Under the pieces are notes generated by a model that did not search any database, had not been told where the DNA came from, and worked only from the letters and a program-made list of their open reading frames with translations. Positions 1-7,998 of a DNA stretch of 10,791 bases are shown piece by piece. Both the position numbers and the translations under genes were made by a program. Origin of the DNA: Adineta steineri (lineage: Eukaryota); assembly GCA_905250045.1 (NCBI GenBank), contig CAJNOG010000192.1, positions 89,458 through 100,248 of the forward strand, in the 5' to 3' direction. Numbering within the stretch: the first letter of the stretch is position 1; each line of letters opens with the position of its first letter.

Positions 1-2
1 AT

Positions 3-176
3 ATTCGTTTTGATAGATGTTTTGGTTTTGTTTCAAAGAAAATTAATGGAAATAATAATCGATCGGCACAGCCAGAAAATGAATGTCATATATTTGCTGA
101 AATCGATCGAACACAACCATCAACAGCGATTGTTAATTTTGTATCAAAAGTTATGATTGGAAGTGTACCTGTTTAA
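3..176 (+). CDS. Partial CDS: last coding exon of a tensin-like protein (C-terminal PTB domain); the 5' part lies outside the window
   Basis: Frame 3 is open from the window edge to TAA at 174-176. It reads [57 protein letters not shown]. The pattern FGFV..K....CH(I/L)FAE(I/L)D..[12 protein letters not shown] matches my recollection of the extreme C-terminus of vertebrate tensins (...[25 protein letters not shown]...). The assignment rests on remembered homology, not a search. Confidence 0.65.
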   Translation: [57 protein letters not shown]

Positions 177-207
177 AAAGAAGAGTGACAGAAAAAGGGA
201 AAGAGAC

Positions 208-222
208 AGAGAGAGAGAGAGA
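208..222. repeat. (AG)n microsatellite inside a purine-rich tract (about 181-226), just downstream of the tensin-like stop codon
   Basis: Direct reading gives agagagagagagaga. The flanks are aagagtgacagaaaaagggaaagagac and aagatg. Confidence 0.85.
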
Positions 223-597
223 AAGATGTTTATGTGCAACTAGTATAAAACAAGAAAAAAAAGGAACAAACTAAAAAAGAAAAAAAACTATTTTTTTTCT
301 TTATATTCTTTTAAAAAAATAATTATCGTGGCTTATTTAATTAATAGTTATATTTCAAAAGACACTCAAAATTTTTTCTTATTGTTCTTTTTGTTTAATA
401 TGAACGAAATACTTTTTCTTTTTTTTTGTGTTTTGTTTTATCAAATTTCTCTCTCTCTCACGTTGTAAGTGTGAAGTTTTTGTTTTGTTTATAGTCTTCT
501 TCTAAGATAAAGTTGTGTTTTTTTTTAGGATTTTTCTTTTTTTTCCTTCTATTCACTAAGCATCTTTGTATCGTTTTTACAAACAGTTGTTTGTATA

Positions 598-610
598 TGT
601 GTGTGTGTGT
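598..610. repeat. (TG)n microsatellite followed by (TTTG)n-like sequence
   Basis: Direct reading gives tgtgtgtgtgtgt followed by ttgtttgtttt. Confidence 0.8.
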
Positions 611-1368
611 TTGTTTGTTTTATAGTCGAATGGCACAATAATCTATGCTCTTCTTTCTTGCCCTCATATAATTCTCGTCTTCTTTTTGCTGCGTGCGTGT
701 GCGTTGATCTCAAGTGATAATATTCTTCTTTTATTGGTGTTCTCAAAGAGATGCATTGCATGTTTTCTTGTGCATCATTTTGCCTTACTTAGTCGAACAA
801 ATTCGAAACCAAGAAGAAAAAAAAACAATTAATTTATCTTATGTGGAACAGTGATCAAATGAAGACCTTTCCTCTTTTGTTTTTTGTTTGTTTGTTTGTC
901 TGCTGGTGCTCGCTTTACTCTTTTGTTTTGTCTTTGTTCGTTGTTTATTCATCAGCAAGAAAAAAAAACGAGAACAAAATAATACACTAATAATCTTCAA
1001 TCTATTTCTGTTTGTTTTTTCTTTTTTGAGTATTAAAGAAAAAATCTATGAAGCTTGTATCATATTTTAGACAGATAAAGAAAACAAAAATGTGATTTAA
1101 ATTCGTTTTGGCATTATGCCATTATTAATTAAGAATCTATCAATGGAAAAAAAATACGATTAAAGTTATTTCTTATCATGGAATTCTATTCATCGAAATA
1201 GTTAATCTCTATTGTTGAAATGAGAATGTTACATCTTGATAATGGAAGAATCTAATTCAAATTATATGGTTTTATTCAATACATTACATTGTATTAAAAA
1301 AGCAGCAATTATAACATATGTTGAAATGATATATTCAAATCTCGATTTGAACTCAATGATCTACTTCA

Positions 1369-1385
1369 ATATATATATATATATA
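1369..1385. repeat. (AT)n microsatellite
   Basis: Direct reading gives atatatatatatatata. Confidence 0.8.
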
Positions 1386-1802
1386 GATATATGTGGAGAA
1401 AAAATAAATAATTTCTATCAATGAAACATCGAACAGATACAATTTATATACACTTTAATTCAAATAATATTATGAAATTAATAATTGATTATTTATTTGC
1501 TCTTTCAATTATTTTACTATTCTTTCTTTCTTTCGTTGCTAAATCCTCATCTAATGATATGAATATGAAGTTTTCAATCAATATATGTTGCAATTATATA
1601 AATGTATATGTTACATTGAAATGTAACTTAGACGATCAATAACAATATAATTATTAAAAATAAACGCAATACAAGTGCAAGGATAGATTATAAACTAACA
1701 TCGCAACTACAAATAACATCCGGAATAGAAGAGGGAAAAACGTTATTTACATCAACCGAGAAACGACAACTCATTGCATCGATGTCGTTGTTATCGAACT
1801 GG

Positions 1803-1830
1803 TGAGTGAATGAATGAATGAGTGAATGAG
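1803..1830. repeat. (TGAR)7 tetranucleotide microsatellite
   Basis: Direct reading gives tgag tgaa tgaa tgaa tgag tgaa tgag. The first unit, preceded by gg, forms a consensus-looking splice donor G|GTGAGT at 1802-1808. Confidence 0.85.
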
Positions 1831-1876
1831 AGTACCCTAGCGGGTATCACTAGCCAATTAGTTTGTTAGAACTCAG

Positions 1877-1920
1877 TCTTTTTCTTTTCTTTTTTTTTCT
1901 TCTTCTTCTTCTTCTTTTCC
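1877..1920. repeat. 44-nt pure pyrimidine tract containing (TTC)6
   Basis: Direct reading gives tcttttcttttctttttttttcttcttcttcttcttcttttcc, with no purine between 1877 and 1920. Confidence 0.85.
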
Positions 1921-1963
1921 ATTTCTGTCATCTTCTTCATCATCGCTCGCATACACTGTCGAT

Positions 1964-2014
1964 AGAAAAAAAAAAGAAGAAAGAGAAGAAGAGAGACAAA
2001 GAGAAGGAGAAAAA
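1964..2014. repeat. 51-nt polypurine tract (GAA/GA-rich) with a single C, complementary in composition to the tract at 1877-1920
   Basis: Direct reading gives agaaaaaaaaaagaagaaagagaagaagagagaCaaagagaaggagaaaaa. Confidence 0.85.
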
Positions 2015-2287
2015 CTCCGGATACGAGAAAGAAATGAGACTACTACGGTGCACTATTCAGTTTTGTTTGTTTGCATTATTCTTTCGCTTTCCAATTGATG
2101 ACATCGTGTAAAGATTATTGTTTTATATTCCATAGAGAAATGACCTTTTCTTAAAACATCAAATGGATAAAAAAATCATTTTTTGCTGATTTTGAATTCA
2201 TCTGTTATTGTTCCCGTCAACCATACTATATTTATTTATTGACTTATATATTTATATATATATATTTGTTTTTCTCTCCTCATCGCT

Positions 2288-2311
2288 ATTATTATTATTA
2301 TTATTATTATT
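2288..2311. repeat. (ATT)8 trinucleotide microsatellite
   Basis: Direct reading gives att repeated eight times, then atcatcaat. Confidence 0.9.
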
Positions 2312-2570
2312 ATCATCAATATTACTTTTTCGTACAAAAGAATGTTGAGTTAATCGAAACTATTCGCATCTCTAAAAAAAGAAAAGCATAAAGCTAGACA
2401 AATCAATTATTATAAAAAAAAAACTTATTCGCTTAAGTATTAGATGAATAATAATAATCTTTTTTTTCTTTTCTATTTATAAGTGATTATTAACGCAAAA
2501 GAAATCTTTACTACAACAGAACTTACAAGTGAACAAGTTAAATTTATTTCTTGTTACATTGTGTTCTTAA

Positions 2571-2577
2571 TATAAAA
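2571..2577 (+). promoter_or_regulatory. TATA-like motif 36 nt upstream of the ATG at 2607
   Basis: TATAAAA is read directly. Such strings are frequent in DNA this AT-rich, so position is the only support. Confidence 0.2.
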
Positions 2578-2606
2578 AAAAAGACATTGTATTTTATAAC
2601 ATCCGA

Positions 2607-4510
2607 ATGACACATACAATTTCGCAAGCAAGTGGTTCCGCTAATCGGCCACGTCTTTGTCGATCCGATCATCAACCAAATATACTTGAATATATTGATA
2701 CAACATTGAATGATTCATTTTCATCACGTTTAAAATTACAATCAACAACAACGACTACTAATAATACATCGATACCGAATGGATATGATCAATTTGGTAA
2801 TACTATCGTTGATCAATATCTTCTTTATATTCTATGTCAAAAATTAAATCCAAATCGAATAGACAACAGAACTGAACATCTCTATCATTCATTACATCAA
2901 CTATTCATATCGAATAGTAAAATATCGAAATCATTTTTTGAATATTCTCCATCGCTCATAAATCGTTCAAATTATCAATCACTATTTAATAATTATACAA
3001 GTTTTATTTGGAATGAATTTGACGTTGATATCCTACTTGAGCTTGGTTAGTAGATTTAGATATCCATATATATATTCACTTCTTCTTTTTTTTAATTATA
3101 CATTCAGTTTTTGTTTTTACAATGATATCTATCTAATTATTATTCTAAACGAGAGATCCCCTTTGAAAAAAAACGAAGTTATGACCTTATCATTATTTAA
3201 TTAAAAGAATTTATTTAATGAATATGTTAACAGAGAAATCTTAAAGAAATTTTTACCGTTAGATAAACGTTTATATCTCGGAAAAATCCTAAGCTAGATT
3301 ATAGTTGTCACAATGGTTTGCTATATTCTTTCTTTCTTTTTTGCTTTTCTTAGATATATACAGATAATTATTTATATAGAGAATAACACGATATTAAATT
3401 ACAAAGTATTCTTCATGGAATATTATATATAATAGATATGATAGAATTTCATTTAGATAAATTAAGATGAAGATTTCTTTCATTTGGATTGTAAAGCCTA
3501 TGACAATCTAGAGATAAAACTATAACTAATAGATATAAGTAATATCTATTAATAGACTTTGACGAATGGATTCTTTATTAGCTAGTCATCTTCTAGGAGG
3601 GATTTTTTGTTTGTCAGTTCTTAACACCGAAAGTATCAAGAGTGTTAATATTAAGCAATTGCTCATTCAAATTCATTACATAAGACTCATTTAAATATAA
3701 TATTAAAAAAAAGCCGTTATAGATGAAAAAGTATTTTCTTATATTACCCAACTTAAGGATATATTTTTCGATTAAATAGAGAAACCACTTCTATTATATA
3801 GAATAAAACTTATTCAGTTATTTGATAGTGAAAATTAAAGAAAACGTTTTTTTATTATTTATTTTAGCGTGTTTCATATTAAAATACCGTTTACGTGATA
3901 TATTTACAACAGTGACAAATAATAAAACAAATATAAATAGTATTCGACAGAAGATTCTTGGGTATTTTGTTGAAATTATTGCAATCTATTATCTCTTTAC
4001 CAATCATCATGAATTTTTTATTAATTCACGTTCAAAAGATATGCTTTTTCCATATCCATCATCAACTTTAACGTATGAAATGAATATAATTATTCTCTAT
4101 TTAAATCAATAATATATATTTTTTTGTTCTTCTCTAGTTCTCAAGATTATCAAAAAGACAAAGATACATCTATATTTAGTAAATTTCTTCGTAAACTATA
4201 TGATAATGGTGAAATATCATTTGATATACGTCAAATAAAACTTCTTTTACAATCAGATGCATATCAATTTTTAAATAAAAAATTAGAAAATAAAAAAATT
4301 GGTTTTATTAATTTTTTCGATACAATTTTACGTTATCAACGCGAAACATCATGTCGTTCATTAAAATCAATCTGTCGTTTATATATTAAAACACATATTA
4401 AACAATTTCCAGATGATATTAAGCATTTATCATTATATCCATCGATGAATGATCAACTTTTAGCATATCTAACTTATGAAAATAAGTATGCATTTGAATC
4501 ATATGTGTGA
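2607..4510 (+). CDS. SOCS-box-containing protein with an N-terminal region that has no recognisable domain. Proposed exons: 2607..3045, 3868..4072, 4138..4510
   Basis: The C-terminus reads ...RSLKSICRLYIKTHIKQFPDDIKHLSLYPSMNDQLLAYLTYENKYAFESYV*. SLKSICRLYI fits the BC-box pattern S-L-x-x-x-C-x-x-x-I. LSLYPSMNDQLLAYL fits the Cul-box-like L-x-L-P...L..YL pattern. The stop is TGA at 4508-4510. Exons 2 and 3 join well: donor AC|GTATGA at 4073, acceptor ttcttctctAG at 4136-4137, a 65-nt intron, and the split codon AC+T encodes Thr. The exon 1 to exon 2 join uses donor G|GTTAGT at 3046 and acceptor ttattttAG at 3866-3867. It is phase-compatible (G+CG encodes Ala) but implies an 822-nt intron. There are three alternatives. 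The ORF simply ends at TAG 3048-3050. Or a 62-nt intron (3046-3107) is used and leads to a stop at 3134-3136. Or the SOCS-box part is a separate gene. Confidence 0.55.
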
Positions 4511-4722
4511 TTTTTTTCAAAAAAACAAAAGATTTTTTTTTGTTCCATGTTTCATCTATATGTATACATAAAGAATAATTGTGAATTTTATTTTTTCGTA
4601 ACAATCAAGATGTATGTGTATGTGTGTATTTATGAAATATAAAAGAAGAAAAAAAAATCAATATTCGATATGATATAATGGGATTTTATTAGGACTATAA
4701 TCATGTAGTTCGGTTTCGGTTT

Positions 4723-4788
4723 ATTGTAAAAACATCGAAAGAAGGACGTGGTTGTTAGCGTCATGTCTACTGTCGATGTTTTTACAAT
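4723..4788. repeat. Perfect 16-bp inverted repeat (hairpin-forming) with a 34-nt spacer, in the intergenic region between the SOCS-box and F-box genes
   Basis: ATTGTAAAAACATCGA (4723-4738) is the exact reverse complement of TCGATGTTTTTACAAT (4773-4788). The spacer aagaaggacgtggttgttagcgtcatgtctactg contains a further GACG/CGTC pairing. Confidence 0.85.
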
Positions 4789-4950
4789 GAGTCGTTCTGT
4801 TTTTCTTTTAAAATGTACCATTTTGAAAGTAAAAATATGTCATTTATTTACATGTTGTATCGCTCTGTTTTTGAGTGACAGCATATGTCCTTGGATGTCA
4901 TTGTATTTTTCCTAGCATCTGACATGAATCAGAATAGTTGATGGGATACC

Positions 4951-4957
4951 TATAAAT
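4951..4957 (+). promoter_or_regulatory. TATA-like motif 51 nt upstream of the F-box gene ATG
   Basis: TATAAAT is read directly in gggatacctataaatgcttg. Support is positional only. Confidence 0.2.
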
Positions 4958-5007
4958 GCTTGATTTTATTTTCGTAAAATATTTTACCTATAATATATTT
5001 CTTTTAG

Positions 5008-6995
5008 ATGTATTTAACTGAATTACCTGATGTTGCCTTAATAAAAATTTTTCGAACATTTACTCATATAGAATTAATTCGTTTTTATCACAATTTTCAT
5101 TCATCAAAACGTATACAAAATTTAATAGCTCATAGTTCATGTTTATGGACACATATTCATATTGAATCAACTGTTGATTATAATTTATTTACATATTTTG
5201 CTCGTTTATTAATTTCAAATTCGTCAACAACTCGACAATTAATAATTGATGAACTTGATATAATTTGTCGAAAAATTCTATATGATAATGGATTTTCTTT
5301 AAAAAAATTTTCTCAACTTGAACAATTGATTATACATGATGAATATATTTGTAATACATTACAATCACTTCATTTTTGTTCATCAACATTAAAAAATTTA
5401 CGTTTAACAAATGATCATAGCAATTTAAGCCATATAAATAGTTTAGAAAAATTAAATAATTTACAAATAACACTTTATTCAACAAATATGTTACAAAATC
5501 AATTTAATTATTTAACAAATTTACATTTAAAAATAATGTTTGATTATGATCACAATTCTCGTGAAATATTTTCTCGTTTACCAAATAAATACTTAGAAAT
5601 TTTAACACTTAAATTTCTTTTAGTAAATAATGATGTGAATTTTTTCAATGAATTTAATAATTATTTAAATTCATGTCATTATCTTCATACATTAGAATTA
5701 TCTTATTTACATGGTATGTGTCCATTATCTTTGCATACAAATATTAATTATTCAAAATACCAACGAATTATATTTATTAATATATGTCATTTAAATCAAA
5801 TGAAAGATTTTATTGAATTAAATCAATATGAATTACCAATAGAATATTTACAATTAAATTCAACAGCGAATATAAATCGATATGCATCCTATATTACACA
5901 TACAAATTGGTATACACGTCAATTAATATCAATTGATTATATTCAATGTGTAACAACATCAATGAACCTTTTGAATGAGCATAATATGATTTGGTCAGAT
6001 AAAAATCAGAAACCACAGTCATTTGAATCTTATATACTTCGATCAATATATAATGTACCTTATTTAATGTCATCACTTCGAAATTTAGTTATTACTAAAT
6101 TTGAATTAAGTCTTGATGGTTTGGTTACATTAATGACTAGTTTTCCATTATTATCTGATCTGATCATAACCGATGGAAAAATCGATCAAATGGGTTCAGG
6201 AATGTGGGATTTAAAACGAATATTTCACACAATAACAAATGTACCTCAATCAGTTATACAAACAATTGTAATGAATAATATTCAAATGTCACGTCGAACT
6301 GCTGTACAATTATGTTTAATTACTCGACAATTAATCTCATTAACATTAAATGATGTTAGAATATTAGATAAAATGATTACTTTAGAACAAAATAAAGATA
6401 ATAACCGTCCAAGTTTTCTTATCCTTTTGAAACAAATTGCTCAACATACCAATCAATTTAAATGGCCTTATTTAAAATCCTTAACAATAGGTATGTATCA
6501 CTTTGTATGATTTGTTTTATTCGATTAAAATTAATCATTTCAGGTAAAAATATGATTAATCGTTCTAATCTTTCATCATTTATTCCTTTACATATTAATA
6601 CTATTTATTCAATAAATATCACTCATTTACATTTTATTCTACGTGATCATAAATTATTTGAACCAACTGATATATTTTTTAAATCAATTAAAAAATTAAT
6701 AAAAATTTATCCGAAATTTACATCATTTATTATTGAATTTACAAACAAATATGATGAACATTTTCTTCTACGAAATCAATTAGAAACATTATTAGAATTA
6801 AATTTAAATAAAAAAGTATATGTTTATTCAACGAAAGATGATCGAGTTTATCGATTTTGTTTTGATACAAATTTAAGTATTGAAGATAATGATAATGATG
6901 ATGAACAAACGTCTTCTAGTCAATGTAATCGAACGTTTTGTGGTATACCGTTATTTCCAATTAAAAAACAACGAAAATCACATGTTTTTTTATAA
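5008..6995 (+). CDS. F-box protein with a long degenerate leucine-rich-repeat-like body. Exons: 5008..6490, 6544..6995
   Basis: The 500-codon ORF is extremely unlikely by chance in DNA this AT-rich. The N-terminus MYLTELPDVALIKIFRTFTHIELIRFYHNFHSSKRIQNLIAHSSCLW fits the F-box consensus (LPDEIL.KIF..L....L.......CK.W..L......LW). Downstream there are recurrent LxxLxL-type units: LEQLIIHD, LKNLRLTN, LNNLQITL, LTNLHLKI, LEILTLKF, LHTLELSY, LRNLVITK, LSDLIITD, LISLTLND, LKSLTIG. The intron is 53 nt: donor G|GTATGT at 6491, acceptor catttcAG at 6542-6543, and the split codon G+GT encodes Gly. It joins the two track ORFs (5008-6510 and 6462-6995) in frame. The stop is TAA at 6993-6995. Confidence 0.85.
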
Positions 6996-7016
6996 GAATT
7001 CTTTTCTTTTTTAATT

Positions 7017-7022
7017 AATAAA
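7017..7022 (+). promoter_or_regulatory. Candidate polyadenylation signal AATAAA for the F-box gene
   Basis: AATAAA lies 22 nt after the stop codon. The motif is common by chance in AT-rich sequence. Confidence 0.3.
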
Positions 7023-7818
7023 TGTCTAAACAATTGTTATATGTTTCTTTTCTATTCGTTATTATCTAGAGACTAAGATAATTTCATAATACATTCATCT
7101 AAGTTACTATAGAGTATTGAGAGAATAGATAAGAATAATGAAAATTAATCTTATTAATTTTTATCAAGATTTTAATCTATTCTTTGCGCGTTGCGTAATA
7201 GACTGTATAAAATCGATATATGACCTGATATCTAACTTATTGAAATTATTCTGTAAACTGCAAGAGTAGAAATGGGAGCTTATCTATGCCTAATTATCTG
7301 AAATATGCTAGAAATAGAATTTTGTAGATATCTTTTGAATGACAAGCAGCCTTTATTCATCTGTTTAATAATGTATAAATATTAATAGAAGGTTAAATAG
7401 TCGATCGCTCATAATCGATCAGTCAACACGGGCATAATCAATTGTTTCAGAAAATGTAGAATTCATAACTATATCACTCTAATATATTATGTTAATGATA
7501 GAGATCATTATTTGTGATTGTTTTTCGTTTTGTCTACTATCCGTTTGCGATAAACTTTTTACCTGTTGTCTAAGAGGAAAAATATCTGGATTTCAATTTT
7601 TTTTACATAGAAATATAGATGTAGCGATCGTTATTTATCAAATAGAGGAAAAGAAAATGCGTAAAACATGAACAAATTTTATGTTAAGTAACTTCCGTAG
7701 AAATAGAAACCCTTGTATAATATATTTTAAGCATGAAAATACCATAAAAATATAGAGTATTATAATTAAAGGAAATCGAATCGCATGTTAGAATGTAACA
7801 TCGGGGGTGTATCAAAGG

Positions 7819-7998
7819 AGAAGGCGGACGTAACGCCTTCTTACTTTCACAGTTTGCGTAGGACATGTTTGCCTTGCCTCTAATATTTGCCTTTTTGGTC
7901 ACAAAAATTGATAAGGACAACATATGGCACGTCCTACGCTCTTCTCTGTATTTTTGTACTAAAGTACTCGTTGGACAAAAACAAAGTACCAAAAAAAA
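7819..7998. other. Relatively GC-rich, multiply self-complementary element ending in A8. It is a candidate structured small RNA, a retroposed RNA copy or a TE fragment; family unknown
   Basis: My hand count gives about 45% G+C over 7801-7950 (67/150), against much more AT-rich flanks. There are three inverted repeats: AGAAGGCG (7819-7826) / CGCCTTCT (7834-7841) with a 7-nt loop, GCGTAGGAC (7856-7864) / GTCCTACGC (7931-7939), and TTTTTG (7892-7897) / CAAAAA (7902-7907). An A8 run lies at 7991-7998. On the minus strand, ATACAGAGAAGA (7940-7951) and AATTTTTG (7902-7909) are present. Confidence 0.3.

Noticed and set aside
549-2111. Track ORFs 549-761(-), 888-1070(+), 1236-1424(+), 1421-1642(+) and 1863-2111(+).
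   Set aside because: Their translations are dominated by microsatellite or homopolymer-derived runs (FFFFLLLLL, KKKKKEKKRDKEKEK, THTHT) or by Ile/Asn/Tyr-rich strings. They contain no motif I recognise. At 60-82 codons they are within the length range expected by chance here: I estimate a stop frequency of roughly 0.08 per codon, so several ORFs above 60 codons are expected per 10 kb across six frames.
3013-4112. Track ORFs 3013-3204(+) and 3822-4112(+) as independent genes.
   Set aside because: ORF 3013-3204 starts inside exon 1 of the SOCS-box gene in another frame and runs into intron sequence. ORF 3822-4112 has no ATG start. Its central part (3868-4072) is better explained as an internal exon bounded by an acceptor and a donor, and its ends are intron read-through.
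4419-4821. Minus-strand ORFs 4419-4604 and 4630-4821.
   Set aside because: The first is antisense to the well-supported SOCS-box exon. The second spans the 16-bp inverted repeat and a poly-A/T run (FFFFF) and has no recognisable motif.
5894-6076. Minus-strand ORF 5894-6076.
   Set aside because: It is an antisense shadow inside the 500-codon F-box ORF, it is only 60 codons long and it has no motif.
7940-7951. A bona fide U6 snRNA gene, prompted by the exact ATACAGAGAAGA match on the minus strand.
   Set aside because: U6 is among the most conserved RNAs known. A real copy should also carry ...GAUUAGCAUGGCCCCUGCGCAAGGAUGACACGC... and the 5' stem-loop GUGCUCGCUUCGGCAGCAC. None of these is present. 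Only the 12-mer and a vague CCAUAU resemblance match.
7684-7992. Minus-strand ORF of 102 aa covering the GC-richer element.
   Set aside because: It has no ATG start; the track's M corresponds to TTG. The translation has no motif I recognise. The openness of the frame is plausibly a by-product of the locally higher G+C, which gives fewer stop codons. The nested inverted repeats argue for RNA or DNA structure rather than coding.
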